This document shows, piece after piece, positions 25,642 to 39,490 of a stretch of DNA of 64,000 nucleotides. The DNA comes from Octopus sinensis (taxonomy: Eukaryota). Position 1 is the first letter of the stretch. Each line of letters starts with the position of its first letter. Under the pieces are notes generated by a model. The model saw nothing but the letters and a program-made list of their open reading frames with translations. It ran no database searches and was not told the DNA's origin. The DNA is taken from the NCBI RefSeq assembly GCF_006345805.1, contig NC_043005.1, positions 79,918,001 through 79,982,000 on the forward strand, in the 5' to 3' direction. Both the position numbers and the translations under genes were made by a program.

Positions 25642-27047
25642 TATTCTGTTGCATACTTCTCTTATCGGAAGCAGTATTAAAATCTTTGTTTTCTTGTTAT
25701 TGATATTACTGCAATAAACACAGCCGTTTTCTTAAAATCATTTATGCATCGCTACGTGCGCTTCCACAGATCGCATGACTCTAAGATCACAGTCCGTATT
25801 CCTTGGGTGATTACAGTATAGTCCGTAGTATCGCTGGACATCGGGTAGATCATCTTCTTTGATTCATTACTTCATGGATTTTTTTTGGTGAGGAGGAGAA
25901 GACCTTCCTCTCTTCCCCACCGAATACACACAGAAATACCCACATAATTCAGCCAACCTTCTCACCGCTCAAAGGGGATGGACAACCCCCAATTAAACAT
26001 CCATTAATGTTATATCGACTCTGGAAGGAGGAAAGACAAAGTCGAACTCAGTGGAATTTGGACGTAGAAAGTTAAGTCGAAAGAAATACCGCAGAGCATT
26101 TTGCTTGGCGTGCTAACAGTTTCTGTTTGCTTCCCGTCTTTTTCTCTTCTGAAATATTGTTTTCAAATTTTGGTACAAGGCCAGCAAATTCGGGGGAGGG
26201 CTGAGCCGATTACATCCACTCCAGTGTTCAACTTGTTTTTATTTTATCAACCCCGAAATGATAGAAGGGAAGGTAACATTCCTCCAAGATCGACTTTGCA
26301 TTTCATCCTTTTGGAGCCGATAAAATGAATACCAGTCAAGTAATGAGGTCGATATAACGGTATATCTCCACCCCAAATTTCAGATTTTGTTTCTATATAA
26401 GATAAGAATAGTAATGCTTGTTAAACGTTGGTAAACTATTTATTTTAGTTCATCAAACAGTATGCCAAGTGTCATTGTTTGAAAAAGTACACTACCTTAA
26501 ATAAAGCATTAGTTGTATAAAATATAATGAAGGCTAGATCATAAAACATAAAAGCTTTATAAAAATTCCTTACATCAAGTGTGATTTTATAGTCTCTTAG
26601 AAAGTACTGTTGCATATGGGTCAGGAGATAAGTTCAGCTGGAGGAGATAATAAAATAATCAAGATTATTGTTCAAGTGTCGATAATATGCACCAAAAATA
26701 AAAATATAAATATTTGTTAATATAATTGAGTAGCTAAGTGGTTGTATATTATATTACATTATATTATAGCTAAGAAAGAAGGCTTAAAGATATTAATGTG
26801 GTGGTTATTCTTGTAGCGTTGCCTGTAACTAAAATATATGACTCAGTCAGTCAGTGTGGACATCTAGGCATTCAAATACACTGTCCATAGTTGGTTCTAT
26901 ACAAATATGTATAAGTATAGACAAACATACACATACACAGAGAGACACAGACAAACACACACACTCATATATATATATATAAACACATATATACATGCTT
27001 GTATGCTTATAATATATAATATATACATCCATACATACATACACACA

Positions 27048-27086
<39 letters not shown>

Positions 27087-27294
27087 ATATATATATACTA
27101 TATATATATATATATATATACATACATATATATATACCTACTACATATATATATTAACATATACATATCCATATATATACATATACACACACACACTCAT
27201 ATATATATATAATATATATATATATATATAGATATAGATATATATATATATATATATACATGCATATATACGTATATATGTAGAAATATATCTA

Positions 27295-27431
27295 GGCTTG
27301 GCGATGCAGAGAGGAAAATTAGAACTCAAAACACCAGTATCGGTTGTCAAGCGATGGTATGTGGGGTTACAAAACACAGACACGCAAATGCAAATACATC
27401 ACAAACATCAAACACACACACACACACAACA

Positions 27432-27501
<70 letters not shown>

Positions 27502-27615
27502 GTATATATATATATATATGACAGGTTTCTTTCAGTTTCCGTCTACCAATCCACTCACAAGACATTGTTCGTTCCGAGGCTATAGTAGAAGACTCTTGCC
27601 CAAAGTGTCACGCAT
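27295..27615 (-). mobile_element. Family-B SINE with expanded internal microsatellite
   Basis: TTTCTTTCAGTTTCCGTCTACCAATCCACTCACAAG and GGTTGTCAAGCGATGG motifs flank (CA)n(TA)n. Confidence 0.75.
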
Positions 27616-27719
27616 ATATGTATATATATTTTATTAATGTTTAACGAAACTCTTGGCCTTTGAGGTCACCCTCTTACATCTGTTAAATATTCATTGTGAG
27701 AACTATGTATATGTAGGTG

Positions 27720-27753
<34 letters not shown>

Positions 27754-27930
27754 ACATGTATATGTATGTGTATATATATATGTATATGTATGTATATGTA
27801 TATATATATACATATATATATACATATATTATATATATACATATATATATACATATAACATATATATATATATATATATATAATATATATATATATTATA
27901 TATATATATATATATATAATATATATATAG

Positions 27931-27979
<49 letters not shown>

Positions 27980-28020
27980 TTCTGTGTGGTGGTGGTAGTT
28001 GTTTGGTGTGTGTCTGTGCA

Positions 28021-28057
<37 letters not shown>

Positions 28058-28300
28058 TTGTCAAAAGTCAACTGACAGTAAATCAAAACCATTGAATTCC
28101 AAGATATATTTATGTTTAACAACTGAATGAATTTGATAAAAGCATCTAAATATGAAACATCATGAAAATTATTCAAACTGAAGTCCTTGAGCGACACATT
28201 TTTCAATTCGACTCAATACCGAATTACAGATAATATTTATGGACTTTTGATTTACTATCGAGTGATTTATGCCCAACACACACACACATATATATACGGA

Positions 28301-28365
<65 letters not shown>

Positions 28366-29089
28366 GAGAGGGAGGGAGAATTAAATTAAGGTTTACAAGT
28401 GTAAAGCTAGGTGAAGAATATCAACGCAACGGAACATTTAGTGATGAAACTAATCAGTTCTAAATGGAAAGTCAAATTCAATTTTATAAATTTTTTTTGT
28501 TGTTCAACTTGAATGCCATTCACCATTGTGGGTTTTTTCAATTCGCTCATTTTCGTTTGATTTATGCAAATTATTCTTACGATAAATGTGCTCTATCTTT
28601 TGTATATGTCTAAATGTCGTGTCTGTAGAAAATACTGTAGGATAATCGCTGTGCTGTTGATGCGTATTGAGGCAGAAACACTTGTTCACGGTTATTCTTT
28701 GCCTACAGCTTAGCAGCTTATCTTTTCATTAATGTCATCTCAATTTCAGGGAAATTCGTGATTCAGGAAATTTCTCCCTTCTTCGCATTTAGAATTGGTG
28801 ACAACTGCTACCAAATAATTGGAGTACTATTTCTGTGATGAGAATTTATTTCAAAATAATTGTGAATGATTTTTAGTATACAGCTAATTGTCTTTGTTAT
28901 GAATATATATATACACGAGCCGGCACACAGCCATACAACATATACCTATACATACATACATACATACATACACATACATACATACATACATACATACATA
29001 CATACATACATGCATGCATACATACATACATACATACAAAAACATACATGGATAGATAAATAGATAGATATATGTATAAATATATATGA

Positions 29090-29142
<53 letters not shown>

Positions 29143-29158
29143 GAGAGAGAGAGAGAGA

Positions 29159-29189
<31 letters not shown>

Positions 29190-29194
<5 letters not shown>

Positions 29195-29500
29195 TTAACC
29201 CCGAAACGCGTATACAGTTAATCAAAGCCGGGTGGATTCGTTTTTTTTTTTTTTGCCTGATTGAGTTGTAGTATATTGCTGTCTGGGAGATATCTTATGG
29301 TACTAAAATAGTATTTTATCTGCCATTTCTAAATTTCGGTATGTGGTGAAGCAAATTTTGCTGAAGCCTAATTATAATTATGCTCATAATTATAGAATTT
29401 TTGTATAAGTTTACCGATAATGGTTCTTTTAGCATAACCGAACTACTTGGTAAACTTATTAATTATTAATTGATTAATTTATTTTACCCTTTATTATTAT
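29190..29500 (+). mobile_element. PLE terminal fragment (same family as 51211-51500)
   Basis: Shares CCGAAACGCG and TGCTATTTCTAAA.TTCGGT.TGTGGTGAAGCAAAT.TTTGCTGAA...AAGTTTACCG...ATTTTACCCTT with 51211-51500. It abuts (CA)n. Confidence 0.65.
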
Positions 29501-29515
29501 TGACATATATATATA

Positions 29516-31075
29516 CAGTTGCGGCCAAAATGTTGAGAACGGCATTGTTTTCGTCAGCAAATTATGTATAAATTTTTATCAAAGTTGTTTTATATTCTAT
29601 AATTTTTACAGATAATAGATACAATATTATTTGTTATTGTCTGAGCTATTGGTGTAATTTGAGAGGATAGTACAAAAGTTATGGCGGCCAAAATGATCAG
29701 AATAGTTGTATTTACTCCGTGTTTTAGTATATTTAACCGGCGAACTCTAATGTTTTGAATTTGTTTACGTGACGGTTCGTTTACTAAACCTTAGTAAGAA
29801 TATCAGCAGTGTACTTTGTTAATATAATGCCACTTACTCCGTTACCAATCCGTCAGCAGATTATTAAGCTTCGAAAGAAGGATAATTTAAGTATTGGGTC
29901 TATTGCAACGATTGTTAACAAGTCAATAAGTGTTCTTCACGGTATTCTTAAGGTCTATGATGATTGTGGTTCGTGTGAAGCAAGAAAGTCTACAGGTAGG
30001 CCAAGAAAACGACCAAGAGAGAAGATCGTGCTATGGTAAAATTGGTTAAAAAGGACAGATTTAAAACTGCTGCTGCTGTTTCTCGGGAAATGAGCATTGT
30101 ACTGAAGAAAACTTTATCTCGAAGAACTGTCTCGTCGTTTAGTTGAACATGACCTACAAGCAAGAGCACCTGCAGTGAAGCCACTGATCAGCTCCAAGAA
30201 TAAAATGTGTCATCTTACCTTTGCAACCGAAAATGTGTTGTGGTCTCAAGAAAAATGGCAAACGGTGCATTTTCGTGATGATTCTAAGTTTATGTTATTT
30301 GGCTCAGATGGGAAAAGGTACGTTCGTCGAAAAGTAGGTGAAAAATTGTCGCCTAAATGCCTTAAGACTAGTGTTAAATTCGGTGAAGGAAGTGTCATGG
30401 TTTGGGGGATGATATCTGTAGATGGTGTGGGGCCCTTTGGTGCGATTACATGGAAAGGTAAATGCAGGAATTTATAAACAACTTGTAAAAGATCATGCCT
30501 TGCCTGTGCTGAGAAATTCAACTAAGCGAACACTCATATTCATGCAGGACAATGCCCCATGTCACAAGGCTAAGGTGATCATGAACTTCCTCAAGGCTGA
30601 AAAGGTTATTGTTATGGATTGGCCTGTTCAAAGCCCAGATCTCAATCCTATTGAAAATATGCGGAATATTCTAGGAGAACGTTCGAAAGCCAGAAATCCT
30701 AAACAACTGAGCAATTATGGAATGCTCTTCAGGAAGAATGGAATAAGATCACCCAGCAAGAAATTGAAAATGTAATTTCCTCATGCAGTCGAAGATGTCA
30801 GAGTGTGATTGAAGCTAAAGGGGTTCACACTAAATATTAAATAATTCCAGTATTTCGTTCTGGTCATTTTGGCCGCCATGGGTTTTGCAGTAAATCACTA
30901 AACCATCGATAACTTTTGTATTATCCTCTGAAATTACACCAAAATCTCGGACAATAACAAATAATATTGTATTTATTTTCTGTGAAAATTATAGAACATA
31001 AAATAACTTTGATAAAAACTTATACCTACTTTTCTGACGAAAACAATGCCGCTCTGAACATTTTGGCCGCAACTG
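29516..31075 (+). mobile_element. Full-length Tc1-family DNA transposon with long IR/DR-type TIRs and TA target duplication
   Basis: Ends are TA|CAGTTGCGGCCAAAATGTT ... AACATTTTGGCCGCAACTG|TA. The TIRs are about 190-220 bp, with an inner repeat GGCGGCCAAAATGA. The element encloses a transposase. Confidence 0.95.
29827..30840 (+). pseudogene. Tc1 DD34E transposase pseudogene (frameshifts and stops)
   Basis: Fragments MPLTPL..RQQIIKL, STGRPRK, VHFRDDSKF, GSVMVWG, FMQDNAPCH, QSPDLNPIEN (34 residues between D and E) and SRRCQSVIEAKGVHTKY* lie in shifting frames. Confidence 0.92.
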
Positions 31076-31133
31076 TATATATCACCATATACACACACAT
31101 ACACATTCCACATAAAAACTATGTGGTTATATA

Positions 31134-31165
<32 letters not shown>

Positions 31166-31166
31166 C

Positions 31167-31216
<50 letters not shown>

Positions 31217-31365
31217 AATACATACATACATATATACATACGTACATATATACATACATACATACATACATACATACATACATACATACACAGAGAAACA
31301 GAGAGAGAGAGATAAAGAGTTCTTTTATTATGTCTGAACGCCAGTAAACCTTTATACTTACGTTT

Positions 31366-31397
<32 letters not shown>

Positions 31398-31897
31398 AGG
31401 TCTTCTTTTTTCCCTTTTCTTCCCTTTCCTCTTCTTCTTTCTTCTGCTTGTAAATAAGCATTGAATAAAGGAAAACAGCGAAACCTAAAACACATGCGTG
31501 CAATGATAAATAGATTTTTAATACACGAAGAAAAGTAAAGTTAATAGATTTATAAACACCTTCAAGCAATAATAACATTTATACAACGATGGTGATGATC
31601 GGCTAAAATGGTAGTTTGTCAACCGGGTTGTGCAAACAATAATATTAATCAAGTAAAAAGCATCAGAACGAAACGAGCATACGCGCATGCGCATCTGTTT
31701 GTGTTTCTGCGTATAGGTCTGTGGATGTGTGCGGGCGGGTGAAATATGAACAGGATTTATTTATTTATTTATTTATTTATTGAGCCTTTTATAAATGTAT
31801 ATTTGCGTTCAGCACACGCTTCCCATGTAGTAGGGTGCGCAATCTGGTGCATGTGGATGTGTAGCTGCAGTTTTGTGACTATTAGTTCATTAGTTTT

Positions 31898-31939
<42 letters not shown>

Positions 31940-32039
31940 CAATAAGAGGTTTCCAAATAGGAAAGCCTTGCGCTAGAAAGAGCAGTAGAAAACTCAAAAC
32001 CACCAAGCTTCTTATTGTATTTCTACGTGAATAGTATAT

Positions 32040-32400
32040 AGGCTGTGTGGTAAGTAGCTTGTTTACCAACCACATGGTTCCGGGTTCAGTCCCACTGCGT
32101 GGCACCTTGGGCAAGTGTCTTCTACTATAGCCTCGGGCCGACCAAAGCCTTGTGAGTGGATTTGGTAGACGGAAACTGAAAGAAGCGTCGTATATATGTA
32201 TAATATATATATGCGTGTGTTGTGTGTGTCTGTGTTTGTCCCCCTAGCATTGCTTGACAACCGATGCTGGTGTGTTTACGTCCCCGTCACTGGGCTTACA
32301 AAGAATAAGTCCCGGGGTCGATTTGCTCGATTAAAGGTGGTGCTCCAGCATGGCCGCAGTCAAATGACTGAAACAAGTAAAAGAGTAAAAGAGTAAAGAG
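32040..32400 (+). mobile_element. Family-B SINE, full length
   Basis: All family-B modules are present. A further 3' half lies at about 32660-32895. Confidence 0.88.
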
Positions 32401-32471
32401 TCTAATGACTAATTCGTTTTTCTGCTAGGCCACTGGTAATAATAATTTCTTATTACCCTATTGCTGTTTAT

Positions 32472-32504
<33 letters not shown>

Positions 32505-33160
32505 GTATATATATGTGTATATATATATGTATATATATGTGTGTATATATATATATATATGGTGTGTTTGTGTGTGTGTGAGTTTGTGTGTATGTATATG
32601 TATATGTATATATGTGTGTGTGCGTGTGTATATATATATATATATATTTATATATCTATGTGCGTGTGTCTTTGTGTTTGTGTTTGTCTACCACCACCGC
32701 TTGACAACCGGTGTTGGTGTGTTTAAGTCCCAGAAACGCAGCGGTTCTGCAAAAAGTGGGGCGCGACAAAATAAGTACTAGGCATAAATAAAATAAGTCT
32801 TAGGATCGATTTGTTCGACAAAAAACCTTCAAGACGGTGCTCCAGCATGGCCGCAGGTCTAATGAGTGACACAAATAAAAAAGATAAGAGATAAAATATA
32901 TGTATACATATGTGTTTGGGGGTGCGGTGGCAACCTTCATTATTTTATAATTATCCTGTTACCACTTTACCGAACCAGGCAACTGTGGGGCGGTTATCTC
33001 CCCTGTACACAAACGTGTGCTTTGTGGCTATAAAGGTCATTCACGCTTGTTTCTTCCAATGTAGGCGCTACCCTGCACACACAGTCACTATTAGTAACAA
33101 ACGAATTTTTCCTTTATGGTATTACATTGCGTCTAGCCACCTTCATTATTTCATATGTGC

Positions 33161-33238
<78 letters not shown>

Positions 33239-33339
33239 AGGTGTCTGTCGTCTGCTCAGTCTCTGGCACGTTAATTTCACGAGAACGTTGTTCCGTTGAT
33301 CGGACCAACTGGAACCCTCGTCGTCGTAAACGGAGTACC

Positions 33340-33413
33340 AGTGTGTGTGTGTCTTTGTGTGTTAGTATATGTGTGTGCATGTGTGTGTATCTTTCTATCC
33401 GTGTGATTTTGTG

Positions 33414-33447
<34 letters not shown>

Positions 33448-33646
33448 AGCGTGTGTATGCATGTGTGTGTATCTGTCTATCCTTATGTGCTTGTATATAT
33501 ATATATATGTGTGTGTGTGTGCATGTGTGTATCTGTCTATCCGTGTGTGTTTATGTATATATATATATATATATGTGTGAGCCTGTGTGCATGTGTGTGT
33601 ATCTGTTTATCCGTATGTGTGCGTGTGTGTGTATCTGTCTATCCGT

Positions 33647-33701
<55 letters not shown>

Positions 33702-33720
33702 CGTACGTGTGTGTGCATTC
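33340..33720. repeat. Compound microsatellite with a recurring GTGTGTATCTGTCTATCCGT motif (5 copies)
   Basis: The motif occurs at about 33385, 33465, 33525, 33596 and 33628, separated by variable (GT)/(AT) runs. Confidence 0.8.
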
Positions 33721-33994
33721 CGAGTAGTGACGAAGTTTCCAGAATCTGCTGAGCTATTTTTTTTTATTCCCTTTGTACCTCATAACTGCAATTTCCGACT
33801 GCTGTAAACAACCCAGGAAAGATTTCCGGCAGGTTGTCAGGTTGATCTGATAATGCCACATTACATAAAGACCAAACATAAGGTAGTGATCCGGTAATAC
33901 AGTGAGTAGAACATTTGAAACATTTTAAGCTTTACATTATCACTGGCTCATAAATTGTAAGCTACAGCTATGATATAATGGCGATATCAGTGTA

Positions 33995-34405
33995 TCTCTT
34001 TACTCTTTTACTCTTTTACTTGTTTCAGTCATTTGACTGCGGCCATGCTGGAGCACCGCCTTTAGTCAAGCAAATCGAACCCAGAACTTATTCTTTGTAA
34101 GCCTAGTACTTATTCTATCGTTTTCTTTTGCCGAGCTGCCAAGTTACGGGGACGTAAACACACCAGCATCGGTTGTCAAGCGATGTTGGGGGGGACAAAC
34201 ACACACACACAAACATATACACACATATACATATATAAATATACATATATACGACAGGCTTCTTTCAGTTTCCGTCTGCCAAACCCATTCACATGGCTTT
34301 GGTCGGCCCGAGGCTATAGTAGAAGACACTTGCCCAAGGTGCCATGCAGTGGGATTGAACCCGGAACTATGTGGTTCGTAAGCAAGCTACTTACCACACA
34401 GCCGG
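33995..34405 (-). mobile_element. Family-B SINE, full length
   Basis: Reverse complement of the 32040-32400 modules. Confidence 0.88.
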
Positions 34406-35599
34406 ATCCAGTTTAGCGAATTTATTCTGTTTTATTTATGCATTTATGTATTTATTTAATTTTCGAGATTTGCTGAGATGCTTTATTATTTGTAGTGTTG
34501 GGGATTCCGGCTCATAGGAGACTATGAAAAGAGTACCCGTGTTAAATATTGCAGAATATACACACGGGACAATATAATCCCTGAAGGGACAGCAGCGATG
34601 GCTGTAGTTTGGAATCCTATGATTATTTGTAGGTATGTCCGATGGGAGTTGACATGTTAATGCACAACAAAAGGAAATGCATTACACACACACACACACA
34701 CAACACACACCACACACACACACACACATATATATATATAAAGCTTGCGGAGTCGTTACTGTGGCGGGCAAAATGCTACGCGGCATTTCGTCCGTCTTTA
34801 TGTTCTGAGTTCAAAGCCGAGGCCGATTTTGTCTTCTACCCTTTCGGGGTCGGTTAAATAAACATCATTTTAGCACTGAGGCCGCCGAAATGTAGAAAGT
34901 TAAATAGGGTACAGGTGGAAAGTATTGGAGGATGCAGAGTGAGGTGGATGTGAAAGGATGGTAAAGTTTTATGGTAATAACGAGGTCAGTTTAAGTGAGT
35001 TTTATGCGGCAACAGCCAAGTCAAGTGTATTACTTGAGAAGTAAGAAGCTATGAAGATGGTGCCGATGGACAAAAGTGCATAAAGAGAGAAAAAAACAAT
35101 CGTCTTCCAAAAAAAAAAAAAATGAAAGAAAGAAAGAAGGGTGTAAGAGAAACAGCGGGAAATGCGCGTGAGGAAATCAAGCAAAGAATTTTCAGAAATA
35201 AGAATTGTAAAGATAAATAGTTGTTGACTTAATAGAGAAGGAAGGGAGCCAAGTGCAGAGATATAGGACGAGATGTAGAAAGAGGCCTGAAGTAATCATT
35301 TAGCATATGGGCAATCTAGAGAAATGCTAAATAGAAGCAGAGTGTACACTGTTTGAATGCATTCAATAGATGAATTGAATGTGCAATCTGCACACAACTA
35401 AGATGGAGCGGAATGCATGCATACAAATATCTGTGAGTATGTACGTTCTCAGTTCAAATGCCAACCGGGTTCGACTTTGCCTTTCATCCTTTTGGGTTCA
35501 AGAAAATAAGTGCCTGTTTAGCACTGGATTTCATGTAACAGACTTACACGCAAGCCAGAAATTGCTGGCCTTGTGCCAAGATTTGAAACAATTATTACT

Positions 35600-35995
35600 G
35601 TGGCGAGTTAGAAGTATCGTTAGTACGATGGACGAAATGCTTAGTGGTAATTCGTTCGTCGCTACGTTCTGAGTTCAAATTCCGCCGAGGTCGACTTTGC
35701 CTTTCATCCTTTCAGGGTCGATAAATTAAGAATTAAGTACCAGTTACTCACTGGGATTGATATAATCTACTTGATCCGTTTGTCTGTCCTTGTTTGTCCC
35801 TTCTGTGTTTAACCCTTTGTGGGTTGTAAAGAAATAGGTGTTTCGTTTGTCTTTATGTTCTGAGTTCAAATTCTGCCGAGGTCGAATTTGCCTTTCATCC
35901 TTACAGATCCGATTAAGTAAATACCAGTCATGCACTGGGTCGGTGTAATCGACTAGACACCCCTCCTTTAAAATTTTTGGCCTTGTGCCTATCGT
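35600..35995 (+). mobile_element. Family-A SINE dimer (head-body-tail1 joined to headless body-tail2)
   Basis: Junction AAAGAAATAGGTGTTTCG at about 35828-35845. Confidence 0.8.
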
Positions 35996-37834
35996 ATGTG
36001 CATGAGTCATATTAATATTATCCGAGTCATCGTTATTGATGAGGCTATATTTATCTCCATGGTTTCAAGCATAAAAAATGAAAACAGAAAAAAAAAATGC
36101 TTTAACATAGCTCAAACAAGGATAAGTAAACAAAATGGCCGAACGAAAGAAAGTAAGAAAAAAGAAAGAAAGAAAGAATTAGTAAAAGTGTTATAAGATC
36201 TTCCTACTTTCGTGTTTCATAGATACCCTCGTTATCTCGTCTAGCAACGGGTGTTAAAACTGGTGACAGCATGATTCGTACCAGCGCAAAGCTATAAGAA
36301 CCGAGAAAAGACATTCTGACGATGGATTTTTAATAAATAATTTCAATAATACAACTTAAGTGACTGTAAACCGGTTGTAACTGAGCTATATGAATTTTAT
36401 GAAAATTAAAAAATGTAAATTGTAATATAAATTTATATAACTATATTTTGCTATAATTTTTATTATCATATGAGCACAATTTATTGTGATTGAGAACGAA
36501 ATGCCACGAAGCTGTTTGAATGCTGAAGAAATTAAAAATTAAAATAGACTTATGTTAAATTTACATACCTATTTTCTTCCTTTTTTAAAAAAAAATTCAG
36601 CAAACAGAACAGAGGTAGCAGAGTGGGGTATTTACACTGGTACATATGTAAAACATGTTTTGATAAATTCAAGTGATTTTTATATATTTTTCTGGCGCTG
36701 AATTAAAAATGAAAACCATTTTTCTTCATCACAAAAACTTTAGCATAAACAAAAAGAAAAGAATTAACCACTTCTTTTTTATATTTTCATTTATACTTTT
36801 TTTATCATGTTGCATATGTAATTATAATTAATTATGCAGAATGATAATAAAGTAGCCATGTGTACATAATCAAACAGTCATTTACATATTGATATAAACT
36901 CTCCATGTAAATATATAATTATTTACACATGGTTATTTTATTCCGATGCTAATAAGTTCGTATTTAATGTGTATGTAAGTATGTATATATTATATGTTTA
37001 TATGTTTATGTCTATATACACGTTTATATATATGCATGTATGTATGTATATGTTTATATGTATATATATATATATATATATGTTTATATGTATATATATA
37101 TATGTGTGTATGTGTGTGTGTGTGTGTATGTATACATATAAATATTATGTATATATATACATATATATATATATGTATTATATATATATATATACGTACA
37201 AACACACCCATGCTTACATGTACATGCACACATGCACACACGCACCGCGCACACATACATGCACGCGCACACTCACACACACATATAAGGCGTGTGCTGG
37301 CGGAATCGTTAGCACGCCGGGAAAAAAATGCTTTACGGCGTTTCACCCGTCTTTACGTTCTGAGTTCAAATTCCACCGAGATAAACTTCGTATTACCTCC
37401 TTTCGGGGTCGATAAAATAAGTACCAGTTGAACAACAGGGGCTATATAATCATCTTACCCCCTTCCTCGAAATGGCTTGGTTTTTTTCCCAAATTTGAAA
37501 TCAATATTATTTTCATATTGCATTTTTTGTTCTCTTCTATTACGTTTTCATTTTCTTTATAGACAAATTAAAATTTTACCCTACCGATAATGGTGTTTAG
37601 ATAGCTGGTGTTTAGTTTATAGTATCTAGAAGACGAGTGAAGACGCTTGATCTGTACTTGCTGTCCACCAATTTGTTTACTCATTAACAAATAAACGGTG
37701 AGGATATAGTTTTTTTTTATGTGTTCTTAAATAACTAAAATGATTTATCCTCAATGTAAAATACACTTTCTAGTTTATATTTATTTTATATTTGTGACAA
37801 AAATGTAATGAAGATGAAACACAATGGTTAGCAT

Positions 37835-38240
37835 ACTCTCTCTCTTACTTGTTTCAGTCATTTGAATGTGGCCATGTTGGAGCACCACTTTAGTCGAGCA
37901 AATCGACCCCAGGACTTATTCTTTGGAAGCCTAGTACTTATTCTATCAGTCTCTTATGCCGAACCGCTAAATTACGGGGACGTAAACACACCAGCATCGG
38001 TTTCAAGCAATGTTGAGAGGGGGCAAACACAGACACACAAACATATACACACAAATTCATATATATATACATATATACGACGGGCTTCTTTCTGTTTTCG
38101 TCTACCAAATCCACTCACAATGCTTTGGTCAGCCCGTGGCCATAGTAGAAGACACCTTCCCAAGGTGCCACGCAGTGGGACTGAACCCGGAACCTTGTGG
38201 TTCGTAAGCAAGCTACTTACCACACAGCTACTCCTACGCC
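37835..38240 (-). mobile_element. Family-B SINE, full length
   Basis: Same modules as the other family-B copies. Confidence 0.88.
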
Positions 38241-38741
38241 TATGATTGTTGCAAAAGTTTATTTATCGTTGGAAATGAAACGTAGTTACCAAGACAAAAC
38301 AAAAGACATTCACAATGTCTGTTATAATGAAAGAAAGGTATGAAACGATTCTTGCTTTTGACATTTGATGATATTTAGGGAAGTAAAATGTCCTCGTAAC
38401 GAAATTCAGTAAGAAATTGGTTACCTCAATCTTTGCCAGTGCAACAACAGTTATGTATTTCATTGAGTTGGGTATGAATGGTTAAAAATTGCTGATGGCA
38501 TAACATTGTGTACCATAATTGAAGAATAAAAGCAAACCTAGTATATAATCCTATATTGAACGAAGCAGCTTCTTAATGTGGTGATCTGATAAAAAGCTAA
38601 CATAATTTGTGATAATCCACAGTGTTGTTGTGGCACCTTGCAGTATTTAGTATATTTGCAGTGTTTCATATGTAGGGCAAGTCAACATGGAATAGTTCTT
38701 CTCTGGTGGAGTCCTCAGAGGTATTTCCAGCAGCAATGTCA

Positions 38742-39150
38742 GTGGAGGCGCAATGGCCCAGTGGTTAGGGCAGCGGACTCACGGTCGGAGGATCGCGGTT
38801 TCGATTCCCAGACCGGGCGTTGCGTGTGTTTATTGAGCGAAAACCTAAAACCTCCACGAGGCTCCGGCAGTGGGTGGTGGCGACCCCTGTTGTACTCTTT
38901 CGCTCCAACTTTCTCTCACCCTTTCTTCCTGTTTCTTGTCCCCGACTTCCTACGCAACCGCTGAGCCTGGATGTGCATTCATCCATCCGTCGATGCCCTC
39001 GGTATCGGGGTTTGACCAGCTTTCTCTTCTGCAGGTCCTACGAATAGCAAAGGACCACGTTTCGGACTTCTCCCACTATCCTGAAGCGCGATCTTGCGAG
39101 CTCTGGGACGAAGACCGCTTCGCTCAACAAGAAAACAAACAAACAAACAA
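38742..39150 (+). mobile_element. Family-C SINE (tail type 3, ending (CAAA)n)
   Basis: Same tRNA-like head and body as 23190-23497, but a different sequence follows CTTCCTGTTTCT. Confidence 0.75.
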
Positions 39151-39177
39151 GCAGCAATGTCACTCAACAAATCACCA

Positions 39178-39490
39178 ATAATTATAAAGGGTTGCCACAG
39201 CAGGGAATGACTTCTCGATACTTGTAAAGGGTTGCTACCACCGAGAATGAACCCCCCGATACTTATGAAGGGCTACTCCCGTTACGAACGAATAATCCAT
39301 ACTTATTAAGAATTGCCACTGCTGAGAGCGATTCTCCGATAGTTACAAAGGGCCGTCAATCCTGAGAACGAATCAATTATATCTACGAAGGATTCCTTAC
39401 TACTGAACATGAATCACTGATATTATAAAGAGTGGCCGCTACTAAGAACGAACTCCGGATACTTCTAAAGGGTTGCTACTGCTATGAGTA
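39178..39490. repeat. Degenerate 40-bp minisatellite, about 8 copies
   Basis: An AAAGG-like anchor occurs at 39186, 39226, 39267, 39307, 39347, 39387, 39427 and 39467. The consensus is about GATACTTATAAAGGGTTGCCACTGCTGAGAACGAACTCCC. Confidence 0.85.

Noticed and set aside
36310-36380. CTGACGATGG... hammerhead-like start
   Set aside because: No stem II or GAAA follows.
39178-39490. CRISPR-like array
   Set aside because: The units are contiguous degenerate tandem repeats without unique spacers. The context is eukaryotic and there are no cas genes.
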